Shown here one piece after another: positions 1 to 8,504 of a DNA stretch of 24,967 nucleotides. The position numbers were made by a program, and so were the translations under genes. Source of the stretch: Vulcanimicrobiaceae bacterium (GTDB lineage Bacteria; Vulcanimicrobiota; Vulcanimicrobiia; Vulcanimicrobiales; Vulcanimicrobiaceae); NCBI GenBank assembly GCA_046262595.1, contig JBHEMM010000012.1:36235-61201 (forward strand), written 5' to 3'. The notes beneath the pieces were generated by a model. It ran no database searches. It saw nothing but the letters and a program-made list of their open reading frames with translations, and was not told the DNA's origin. The stretch's first letter is position 1; each line of letters starts with the position of its first letter.

Positions 1-648
1 CCCGCCGTGCCTGCGCCGGCGCGCGTCGCCTTTGCGCTCGCGCTCACGGCGGTGCTGCTGCCTGCGGTTACGCGCGAGCCGCAGGTTGACGGCGTCCGCT
101 TCGTCATCGCTGCAGCGACGGAGCTCGGAATCGGCGCGGCGATCGGTACTGCCGCATCGGTGCTGTACGACGGCGCTTATGCGGGCGGCCGCGCGCTCGA
201 CGACTACGCCGGCATCCGCGGCAGTGTGCCGAACGCCCAAGTGTACGCGGCGAGCGCCTTCGGACGCATCTGGTCCACGGTGTTTCTGGCCGGATTCTTT
301 CTGCTCGGCGGTTATCGCGTGGTGATTGAAGCCTTCGCGCGCAGCTTCGACCGCTTGCCGCCGGGCGCGATCCCTGCAGTCGGTGGGCTGTATGCCTTTG
401 CGATTGCGCTTCCGGCTGCGATCGTCGAAACGGCGCTGCTCGTTGCCGGTCCTGCGATTGCCGTCGTTTTCGCCGCGCAGTTCGCGCTCGCCGCGATTGC
501 GCGCGTTATTCCGCGTTTCGCCGCGTTTACGCTTTCGTTTCCGGTGATTTTCGGGCTTGCGCTTACCGCCACGGCGCTTGCGGCGCCGGTGCTGTTTCCC
601 GTGAGCGGTTCGCCGTGGCTGCGCTTACCGTTTTTAAACGTCCATTAG
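1..648 (+). CDS. fliR: Flagellar export protein FliR (5'-truncated by window edge)
   Basis: Frame is open from base 1 (PAVPAPARVAFALAL). Hydrophobic multi-TM protein with FliR-like segments (ELGIGAAIG, GRALDDYAG, IARVIPRFAAFTLSFP). Directly abuts flhB-flhA. Confidence 0.85.
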   Translation, partial: PAVPAPARVAFALALTAVLLPAVTREPQVDGVRFVIAAATELGIGAAIGTAASVLYDGAYAGGRALDDYAGIRGSVPNAQVYAASAFGRIWSTVFLAGFFLLGGYRVVIEAFARSFDRLPPGAIPAVGGLYAFAIALPAAIVETALLVAGPAIAVVFAAQFALAAIARVIPRFAAFTLSFPVIFGLALTATALAAPVLFPVSGSPWLRLPFLNVH

Positions 649-1650
649 ATGGCGGAAAAGCATTTCGAGGCAACACCTTCGCGCTTGGCGCGCGCAAAGC
701 GCGAGGGCGATGTCGCGTCGTCGCACGAGCTCAGCAGCGTTGCCGCATTCGCTTTCGGGCTCGGCGGAACGGCCGCGATTCTGCCTGCGGCGGCGTCCGC
801 GGCGAAACGGTTGTTGATCGGCTCCGCCTCGGGACGGCCCGCTGCCGCTGCCGGTGCGGTGCTGCTTGCCGCCATGTGCGTGCCGGCGGTCTGCGCCGCC
901 TGCGGAGCGGCGCTTTGCGGCATTGCGCAAGCCTCGGGCTTACGGTTTACCGCTCTAAAGTGCGACCTGCGCCGGTTGGCGCCCACGGAAAATCTGCGCC
1001 GCATGTTTTCGCGCGAGGCGGCCGTCACGGCGGCGCGCGCGAGCCTCGCCTTTGCGAGCGCCGCCGGCGCTATCGGCGCGGCATCGTCTGCCATTGCGGC
1101 CTCGGCGCTGCACGCGGGCGGCCTACCGGCGCTCGCCGCGGCGGCACGGGACGGCGCGATGCGTTCGGCATGGGCCGCATGCGCCGCGGGAGCGCTGTTC
1201 GCATGCGTTGACTACGCGCTGCAGACAGCGCGGCGGCGCAAACGCTTACGCATGTCGTTTGAAGAACTCAAGCGCGATCATAAGGAACAGGAGGGCGATC
1301 CGCTTGCCCGCGGGCGCCGCCGCGCGTTTCACCGCGCTATCGCAAAAGGATCGCTGCAGCGTGTCAAAGACGCCGCGTTCGTCGTTGCGAATCCCACACA
1401 CATCGCGGTGGCCATCGAGTACCGGCCGCCGCAGGAGCCGGTGCCGCGCGTGCTCGCTTGCGCTGCGGATGAATCCGCGCTGCGCGTACGCGCGTATGCA
1501 TCCGAGCACGGCATTCCCGTTATCGAGAACGTTCCGCTCGCACGGCAGCTGTACGCGTGCGCAAAGCCCGGCGAATACATTCCCCACGAAACGTATCTGG
1601 CCGTGGCCGAGGTCGTTGCGGCGCTGGTCAAGAGCGGAGCCCTTGCATGA
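649..1650 (+). CDS. flhB: Flagellar export switch protein FlhB (EscU/YscU family)
   Basis: N-terminal EKHFEATPSRLARAKREGDV, RMSFEELKRDHKEQEGDP, NPTH autocleavage motif, IPVIENVPLARQLY. ATG immediately follows the fliR TAG. Confidence 0.95.
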   Translation: MAEKHFEATPSRLARAKREGDVASSHELSSVAAFAFGLGGTAAILPAAASAAKRLLIGSASGRPAAAAGAVLLAAMCVPAVCAACGAALCGIAQASGLRFTALKCDLRRLAPTENLRRMFSREAAVTAARASLAFASAAGAIGAASSAIAASALHAGGLPALAAAARDGAMRSAWAACAAGALFACVDYALQTARRRKRLRMSFEELKRDHKEQEGDPLARGRRRAFHRAIAKGSLQRVKDAAFVVANPTHIAVAIEYRPPQEPVPRVLACAADESALRVRAYASEHGIPVIENVPLARQLYACAKPGEYIPHETYLAVAEVVAALVKSGALA

Positions 1651-3671
1651 AACGCTTGCCGAATGCCGCCTTCGCCGGCGTGCTGCTGTGCATCGTCGGC
1701 ATCTTGATCGTGCCGCTGCCGCCGCCGGTGCTGGATCTTTTGCTGGGCATCAACATTTTTCTCTCCGCGGTCGTGCTGCTGCTCAGCGTGACCGTGGAAG
1801 AGCCGTTGCAATTCTCCGCCTTCGCCCCGGCGCTGCTGCTGGCAACTTTGTTCCGTCTCTCGCTCGACGTATCGGCGACGCGTCTGATCCTCACGCAAGG
1901 CCACGTGCCGGGCGGCGCAGGCGCGGTCATACCGGCGTTCGGCGATTTCGTCGTTCGCGGAAATCTTGTGGTTGGGTTGATCGTGTTCGCGATCTTGATT
2001 GCGATTCAGTTCATCGTCATCGCCAGCGGTTCGCAGCGCGTCGCGGAAGTGGCCGCGCGATTCACGCTCGACGCGATGCCCGGCAAGCAGATGGCGATCG
2101 ATGCCGAAATGCACGCCGGTCTGCTCGACGCCGACGGCGCGCGCCGCAAGCGCGAACGCGTTCAAAACGAAGCGGACTTTTACGGCGCGATGGATGGTGC
2201 GGGCAAGTTCGTGAAGGGCGACGCAGCGGCGGCGATGATCATCGTCGCGCTCAATCTTGTGGGCGGCGTTGCGGTCGGCGTTTGTTACCGCGGGCTCTCG
2301 CCGGTGCAGGCGCTGCAAACCTTTGCGCTGCTTTCGATCGGCAACGCGCTGGTGACGACGCTGCCCGCGTTTCTGATCTCGACCGCCATGGGCTTGATGG
2401 TCACGCGCGTTGCTGCGCGCGGTTCGCTTGGCTCCGACCTCGCATCGCAGCTCTTTGCGCGCCCCGACATTTTGCGCATCGCCGGCGCGTTATTGCTTGC
2501 GCTCGCACTCGTTCCGGCGCTGCCGCGTCCCGTCTTCGTCTTGCTGGGCGCGTGCGCGTTTGCCGGCGCTCATCTTGCCGCAAAGCACCAGCGGCGTGAT
2601 GACGAGGCGGTCAGACGCGAACGCGATGAGGCCAAACGTTTGGCGATCCGGCGTCCCGAGATGGCGCTGGGCCTCGTCGGCGTCGACGCGCTGTGCATCG
2701 AGATTGGCGCAAACTTGCTTTCGCTGCTCGCGGCTCCGAACGCCGACGCGCTGCTGGATCGCGTCGGTGAAGTGCGGCGCGCGCTTCCCTCGGAGCTGGG
2801 CATCGTGCTGCCGGGCGTGCGCCTTCGCGACGATCTCGCACGCGATCCCGATACGTACGCGATCCGCGTGCGCGACGAACCCGCCGGTGAAGGGCGCCTG
2901 CGGCTCGATCGCATGCTCGCGGTTGCGGAGGAGGCGGATCTCGCGCGGATCGAAGGCGAGGCGGCGCGCGAACCGGTGTACGGACTAAGCGCAAAGTGGA
3001 TCGTGCCGGAGGCTCGCGAGGCAGCGCTGCAGCAAGGCGCGCTCGTGTTCGATGCGATCTCCATTATCGGCTCGCATCTGGCCGAAGCGGCCCGCAGCAA
3101 TGCGGCGCAGTTGCTCGGCCGCCAAGAGCTGCAAACGCTGCTCGAGCATCTGCGCGCGAGCGTTCCCAGCGTCGTGAAGGAAATCGGAACCGAAGCGTTA
3201 CCGCTCGCCACGGTGCAGAAGGCGCTCGGGCTGCTGCTGCGGGAACGCGTATGGCCGCGGGATCCCGTCGCGGTGCTCGAGGCGCTCATCGACGCGGCTC
3301 AATTCGGCCGCGATCCGCGCGACCTGGCCGAAGCGGCGCGTAAAATCATGGTTCCGGCCATGCTCCGCCGGCGCGGCGACGAGCCGCTCGAGCCGCTCTT
3401 GCTCGAGCCGGAAATGGAGCGGCACATCGGCGAGGACCTCGATCCGGTGCTGGCGGCGGCGATTCGCGACGGAGCGGCTTCCTACGTCAACCGCACGCCG
3501 CCCGCGCGCGCCGCCTTGCTGTGCATGGGTGCGGCGCGTCCGCTGCTGGCAGAGCTTTTGCTGCGCTCCGGCTTGCGCTTGAGCGTCTTCAGCTATGCCG
3601 AGGTTCCGCCGGAGGTGCGCTTGCTCCCCAGCGAAGTCCTCACGCTGCCCGAAGGGGCATTTGCAGCCTAG
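1647..3671 (+). CDS. flhA: Flagellar export gate protein FlhA (FHIPEP family)
   Basis: FHIPEP signature RVAEVAARFTLDAMPGKQMAIDA and ADFYGAMDGAGKFVKGDA. Start placed at the ATGA overlap with the flhB stop (1647-1650), not at the ORF-track 1557. Confidence 0.95.
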   Translation: MKRLPNAAFAGVLLCIVGILIVPLPPPVLDLLLGINIFLSAVVLLLSVTVEEPLQFSAFAPALLLATLFRLSLDVSATRLILTQGHVPGGAGAVIPAFGDFVVRGNLVVGLIVFAILIAIQFIVIASGSQRVAEVAARFTLDAMPGKQMAIDAEMHAGLLDADGARRKRERVQNEADFYGAMDGAGKFVKGDAAAAMIIVALNLVGGVAVGVCYRGLSPVQALQTFALLSIGNALVTTLPAFLISTAMGLMVTRVAARGSLGSDLASQLFARPDILRIAGALLLALALVPALPRPVFVLLGACAFAGAHLAAKHQRRDDEAVRRERDEAKRLAIRRPEMALGLVGVDALCIEIGANLLSLLAAPNADALLDRVGEVRRALPSELGIVLPGVRLRDDLARDPDTYAIRVRDEPAGEGRLRLDRMLAVAEEADLARIEGEAAREPVYGLSAKWIVPEAREAALQQGALVFDAISIIGSHLAEAARSNAAQLLGRQELQTLLEHLRASVPSVVKEIGTEALPLATVQKALGLLLRERVWPRDPVAVLEALIDAAQFGRDPRDLAEAARKIMVPAMLRRRGDEPLEPLLLEPEMERHIGEDLDPVLAAAIRDGAASYVNRTPPARAALLCMGAARPLLAELLLRSGLRLSVFSYAEVPPEVRLLPSEVLTLPEGAFAA

Positions 3672-3678
3672 GGGAAAA

Positions 3679-3707
3679 TTGACGGCCTCCCCAGGTGCTG
3701 ATACACT
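3679..3707 (+). promoter_or_regulatory. sigma70-type promoter for secD-secF
   Basis: TTGACG (3679-3684), 17-nt spacer, TACACT (3702-3707), preceded by TGn (extended -10). Confidence 0.7.
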
Positions 3708-3720
3708 CTGAGGGTTGTGC

Positions 3721-3745
3721 GCCCATCAAAGGGCCTTCTTTTTTT
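3721..3745 (+). terminator. Short hairpin + T7 tract (terminator/attenuator-like)
   Basis: GCCC-ATCAAA-GGGC, then CTTC and TTTTTTT (3739-3745). The stem is short. Confidence 0.35.
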
Positions 3746-3757
3746 CTTCGGTATAAA

Positions 3758-5122
3758 ATGAACTGGAATAGATACAAAAATCCGATCAAATTGGTGGTCG
3801 TCATGGCCATCGTGGCGTTGAGCCTGTGGGCGGCGCTGCCGGTCCAGAAGAAGATTCATCTCGGCCTCGATCTCGAGGGCGGCGTCCACGTGCTGCTCCA
3901 GCTCAAGCCGACCGCCGAAGTGAAAACGATCACGCAAGACATTCAGAATCAAACGATTCAGGTAATCGATAAGCGCATCAACGGCTTGGGTGTTACCGAG
4001 CCGCAGATCAGCAAGGCGGGCGGCAACCGCATCGCCGTCGATCTGCCGCAGGTCAAAAATCCCGAGCAGGCCGTCGCAGCGCTCAAGCAAGTCGCCGTGC
4101 TCGAATACAAGATCATGCCCGACCAAGTGCGCGCTGCGGCCGATCAGGCGCTTGCGCTTTGCCCCACGGGCCATACGACGCAGAAGAAACTGCAGAAGGC
4201 GTGCGACTTCGTGAACACCGGCGCCTACAACGCCAGCGGCAAAGTCGTCTATTCCGGTAAAGATCTCAAGTCTGCGCAAGCGGGCTATCAGTCCAGCGGC
4301 GGCGCACCAATCATTCTCTTCACCACCAAAGATCCGAAGAGATTTTTCGACCTCACCTCCAAAAACATCGGCAGGCCGCTCGCGATGTTCTTGGACAAGC
4401 AGTATCTTTCCGCACCGACGATCAACGGCCCGATCTCGACCGACGGCGAAATCACCGGCCAATTCACCGAAGATCAAACGCTCACGCTTGCGAACAATTT
4501 GAATGCCGGCGCGCTGCCGGTCGGCATCGAGATCATCGAGAACGACACGATCGGACCGACGCTCGGCAAGATCGATCTCGCCATGTCGCTCAAAGCCTCG
4601 ATGCTGGGCTTGGGCCTGGTGCTGCTCTTCATGATTGTGGTTTACCGCCTGCCCGGCTTTCTTGCCGATGTTGCGCTGATCGTGTACGTGATCATGATGC
4701 TCGGGCTGCTTTCCGCCGCGCATGCCACGCTGACGCTTCCCGGTATTGCCGGTTTCGTGCTCTCCATCGGTATGGCGGTCGATGCGAACGTGCTGATCTT
4801 CGAACGTCTGAAAGAGGAACTGTGGGCGGGCAAAACGATGCGCGCCGCAGTGCGCACGGGCTTCACCCGCGCATTTTCCGCCGTGTTCGACAGCCATTTC
4901 ACCACGATCGTCGGCGCAGGCGTATTGTATATGCTCGGCACCGGCACCGTGAAGGGCTTCGCGTACACGCTCTTTTGGGGAACGGTACTCTCGCTGATTA
5001 CCGCCGTGTTCATTACGCGGTTCTTCGTGGATGCACTCGTCGAGAACGATATCGCCGTCAGCCCGCCGCTGTACGGCGTGAGCAAGAGCGACGTCGGCGT
5101 GTTCCAGAAGGCGAGCCTGTAA
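3758..5122 (+). CDS. secD: Protein translocase subunit SecD
   Basis: LGLDLEGG, RINGLGVTEP, IGPTLG, LTLPGIAGFVLSIGMAVDANVLIFER, GTGTVKGFA. ATG 3758 (MNWNRYK) is preferred because GTG 3695 lies inside the promoter. Confidence 0.97.
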   Translation: MNWNRYKNPIKLVVVMAIVALSLWAALPVQKKIHLGLDLEGGVHVLLQLKPTAEVKTITQDIQNQTIQVIDKRINGLGVTEPQISKAGGNRIAVDLPQVKNPEQAVAALKQVAVLEYKIMPDQVRAAADQALALCPTGHTTQKKLQKACDFVNTGAYNASGKVVYSGKDLKSAQAGYQSSGGAPIILFTTKDPKRFFDLTSKNIGRPLAMFLDKQYLSAPTINGPISTDGEITGQFTEDQTLTLANNLNAGALPVGIEIIENDTIGPTLGKIDLAMSLKASMLGLGLVLLFMIVVYRLPGFLADVALIVYVIMMLGLLSAAHATLTLPGIAGFVLSIGMAVDANVLIFERLKEELWAGKTMRAAVRTGFTRAFSAVFDSHFTTIVGAGVLYMLGTGTVKGFAYTLFWGTVLSLITAVFITRFFVDALVENDIAVSPPLYGVSKSDVGVFQKASL

Positions 5123-6481
5123 ATGTTTTTCCGTAAATTGAACTGGAACGTCGTCGGATGGTTCCGCGTCGTCTCGTTTATTTCGTACTTAGTGATCGCG
5201 GCCGGCGCCGGATCGATGATCCTGCACGGGTTCCAAGGCGGCGGCGGTTTCCACGCGGACCGGATGCTGAAGCTGGGCCTCTCGTTCACGGGCGGCACGT
5301 CCGTTGACGTGCAATACACCAAGCCCGTCGCGCAAACGGCGCTGCGCACCGCGCTTGCGCCGCTCAATCTGAGCGACGAAACGATTCGCACGGTGGGTAA
5401 CCCCGCCGGCGGCAATTACGATCGTTACAGCATCGAGACCCAAACGGCGCTGGGGAACGACGCGCCCAGACTGTGGGCCGCACTGGCAAGCGCCGGCGCA
5501 TCCGTCGACCGTTCCAAGTCGCAGATATCGTCGGTGGGGCCGACGCTCGGGCGCGAATATTTGATGAATGCGATCTACGCGCTCATCATCGCGCTGGGCA
5601 TTCAGTTCCTCTACATCGCGTTCCGTTTCGGGTGGAACTATATCTTCGGCTTGGTCACCGTCATTGCGCTCGTTCGCGACGCCGCGATGATGATCGGCAT
5701 CTACGCGATGGCCGGCAAACGCGCGGACGATGCGTTCCTCGCTGCGGTGTTGACCGTTATCGGCTACTCGGTCATGGACACGATCGTCATCCTCGACCGT
5801 ATCCGGGAAAACACAAAATTGATGGCCGGGCAGCCGTACGAAAAGATCGTGAACACATCGATCTTGCAGACGATGACGCGATCGTTCAACACGCTTGCAA
5901 CGGTCGTGATTACGCTGGTGGCGCTTCTCGCGCTGGGCGGCGCATCGCTGCAGAACTTCGCCTTCGCCCTGCTCGTCGGCATCTGCTCGGGCGGCTACCA
6001 CTCGATCTTCTATTCGGCTCCCCTCGTTCTAGTGTTTCGCAAGCGGCAGCTGGAAACGGCCGCGCGCAAACGCGCGACGGGCGTCTCGGTGCAGACGACG
6101 CGCTCGAGCCGCAGCGTTGCCGAAAACCGCGCGCTGGGCTCGCAAGGCGGCGTTGCCCGCGAGGATATCGTCGCGGCCCGTAAAGCGCGCCGTCAGAAGA
6201 GCAAATCCACGCGGCTGGCCGAAGCGGGGCCCGTACGTTACAAGCGCCGCCGCGATGAAGCGGGCGCCTCGACCGCTGTTGCGGATGACGGTGACACGGA
6301 TCTCTCCGAAGCGGAGAACGACTTCGCATTCGATCAGGGCCACGAGGAAGTGAATCTCAACCTCGAAGGGTTCGAGCCGCAACAGCCGGTGCACGCGCTT
6401 TCCGACGATCCGGATGCAGCACTTCAGGATGCGCCCGAGCTTCCGCCGGCTACGGACGCGGAGCAGCCGCACAACGGCTAA
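5123..6481 (+). CDS. secF: Protein translocase subunit SecF with long C-terminal tail
   Basis: LGLSFTGGT, VGPTLG, LTVIGYSVMDTIVILDRIREN, QTMTRSFNT. Abuts the secD stop. Confidence 0.95.
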   Translation: MFFRKLNWNVVGWFRVVSFISYLVIAAGAGSMILHGFQGGGGFHADRMLKLGLSFTGGTSVDVQYTKPVAQTALRTALAPLNLSDETIRTVGNPAGGNYDRYSIETQTALGNDAPRLWAALASAGASVDRSKSQISSVGPTLGREYLMNAIYALIIALGIQFLYIAFRFGWNYIFGLVTVIALVRDAAMMIGIYAMAGKRADDAFLAAVLTVIGYSVMDTIVILDRIRENTKLMAGQPYEKIVNTSILQTMTRSFNTLATVVITLVALLALGGASLQNFAFALLVGICSGGYHSIFYSAPLVLVFRKRQLETAARKRATGVSVQTTRSSRSVAENRALGSQGGVAREDIVAARKARRQKSKSTRLAEAGPVRYKRRRDEAGASTAVADDGDTDLSEAENDFAFDQGHEEVNLNLEGFEPQQPVHALSDDPDAALQDAPELPPATDAEQPHNG

Positions 6482-8504
6482 ACCCGCCGCGCCGCGCCCG
6501 AGAGCGGCTCGCGTTCCAAAGGGCGCTTTGCCGCCGCCGACGCGCTCCGAAGCAGCCTTCGAACGCGTTTTACGCGACTTCGATAGCGCGCAAGGTTTGC
6601 AAGGTGATCCTGAGCCTTTCCCGCGTCATCGTGAGCCGCTCGAAGCACGGCCGTCCCTCTCCGAATTCCTCACCAAAGCCTTCGCCAGCCAAACCGCCTA
6701 CCTCGCGCGCGACGACTTTGCGGGCATCGGCGAGCGCGACGTGTTCGTCACCAAAGTCATGGGCGTGTCATTCGAAGGGCGGCAGAACATGGTCGCGGGC
6801 TTGCGGCCCCGGCACGAGCTCGAACTGCGGCGCCAACCCGAGAATCCGATCGACGCCAACGCGATCGCGCTGTGGTATGGCGCGTTTCAGATCGGTTTTC
6901 TGCGCAAGCAGATTGCCAAACATCTCGCGCCGGTGATGGACGCGGGCGTTTCATACCGCGCGCTCATCGAGCACGTGACGGGCGGACGCGACGGCAAGAA
7001 CTTTGGCATCAACATCCGTGTCGAACGCACGGCGATCGCGCCGGCCGATGCGTTTGCGTTGGAAGCACGATCGCCGGCGGACCGCCATTCGCTTCGGCGC
7101 GCGCTCATCGGAGACGGCAAGCCGCACGACGCGCAGGAAGCGGTGCTCGCGCGGCTCGAAGCCGGTAAAAATACGCTCGCGATCTTTGGCACGGGGCGCG
7201 GCAAGTCGTTCTGCTTTCAATATCCGGCCGCCGTCCGCGCCTTAGAGTCCGAACAGAAGACGCTGGTGATCTATCCGCTGCGCGCGCTCGCAAACGACCA
7301 GTTCGAAGCGCTCAGCCGGCGGTTGGACGGCTTCGGGCTGCGGTTGTTTCGTGCAAATGGATCCATTTCGACCGACGAACGCGCCGCGCTGATGCAAGCG
7401 CTCGCGGACGGCACGTGGGACGTCGTGCTTGCCACGCCGGAGTTTCTGCAGTTTCATCAAGCCGCGTTTTCCGGACGCAGCGCGCCCGCATTGGTGGTGG
7501 TGGACGAAGCGCATCACATCTTCGAATCTAAACACCGCGTCGCATACGCACGGCTGGGGCGCACGATCGCTGCGCTGGGAAACCCGCAGATTCTTGCGTT
7601 GACCGCCACCGCGGGCGATGAGGCATTCAAACAGATTGCGGCGGACCTGGAGATCGGCGCTTGGGTAATCGATCCGACAGTGCGCGAGAATCTGCGCGTC
7701 ATCGACGCGCGCGGAACGCGGGATAAGGTCGCGTACCTGACCGATCTGTTCGAGTCGGGCCAGAAAGGCATCGTCTATTGCAACTCGCGCAGCGAAGCCA
7801 CGAAGACCGCCGACAAACTGCGTGCCGCGTTCAAGGACGAGGTGATGTTTTACCACGCCGGCATGCCTTCGCCCGAACGGGCACTGGTGGAGCAGTATTT
7901 CCGCAGCAACGACCTGCGGATCATCGTTGCCACGTCCGCCTTCGGCGAAGGCATCGATTTGCCGGACGTGCGCGATGTGGTGCTGTATCATTTGAACTTC
8001 GACTTCACCGCATTCAATCAGCAAGCCGGCCGCGTGGGGCGGGACGGCGGCGAAGGGCGCATCCATCTGCTCTTCGGCGAAGCGGACCGCCGCATCAACG
8101 ACTACATCATCGACCGTCAGGCGCCCACGCTGAACATCCTGCGCGCGCTTTACCGCGGCATGCGATCGTTGAGCGGCGGCGGCGAATTGCGCATGACGTT
8201 CGTGGATATCGCGCGCACGCTTGAATTGGACAAAGCGGACGAACGGACGGTGAGCGCGGCGCTGCGCATCTTCGAGGACGAGGGGCTCGTGGAAACGGGC
8301 ATCGACGATGACGGCCGTTTCGTGCGGTTCGTGCGCGTTGACGGCAAAGTCGACCTCACGCAGAACGAGCGCTTTGCCGAAGGCGAAGCCACGCGCGATG
8401 ACTTCGCGAAGTTTTGCGATTTTGTTTTGAGCGCCAAAGCCGAAACGCTCGAGCGGATTATCAACCGCCCCATCTACCCCGAGCGCGTGGACGTGCGGCG
8501 TTGA
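6414..8504 (+). CDS. HIRAN domain + RecQ-like DEAH-box helicase + RecJ C-terminal-like domain protein
   Basis: HIRAN-like FVTKVMGVSFEGRQ...LRRQPENPIDANAI...IGFL (~6741-7028). Walker A GTGRGKS, DEAH, TATA, ATSAFGEGIDLPDVR, QQAGRVGRDG. C-terminal ALRIFEDEGLV...KVDLTQNERF. Start uncertain (ATG 6414 or 6429). Confidence 0.85.
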   Translation: MQHFRMRPSFRRLRTRSSRTTAKPAAPRPRAARVPKGALPPPTRSEAAFERVLRDFDSAQGLQGDPEPFPRHREPLEARPSLSEFLTKAFASQTAYLARDDFAGIGERDVFVTKVMGVSFEGRQNMVAGLRPRHELELRRQPENPIDANAIALWYGAFQIGFLRKQIAKHLAPVMDAGVSYRALIEHVTGGRDGKNFGINIRVERTAIAPADAFALEARSPADRHSLRRALIGDGKPHDAQEAVLARLEAGKNTLAIFGTGRGKSFCFQYPAAVRALESEQKTLVIYPLRALANDQFEALSRRLDGFGLRLFRANGSISTDERAALMQALADGTWDVVLATPEFLQFHQAAFSGRSAPALVVVDEAHHIFESKHRVAYARLGRTIAALGNPQILALTATAGDEAFKQIAADLEIGAWVIDPTVRENLRVIDARGTRDKVAYLTDLFESGQKGIVYCNSRSEATKTADKLRAAFKDEVMFYHAGMPSPERALVEQYFRSNDLRIIVATSAFGEGIDLPDVRDVVLYHLNFDFTAFNQQAGRVGRDGGEGRIHLLFGEADRRINDYIIDRQAPTLNILRALYRGMRSLSGGGELRMTFVDIARTLELDKADERTVSAALRIFEDEGLVETGIDDDGRFVRFVRVDGKVDLTQNERFAEGEATRDDFAKFCDFVLSAKAETLERIINRPIYPERVDVRR

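Noticed and set aside
1557..1646. ORF-track N-terminal extensions of flhA (also secD 3695 and GT39 8414)
   Set aside because: They overlap the upstream gene or promoter. Stop/start overlaps or family-typical N-termini give better starts.
6414..6481. Programmed frameshift fusing SecF to the helicase
   Set aside because: No slippery heptamer seen, and the helicase frame has its own ATGs.
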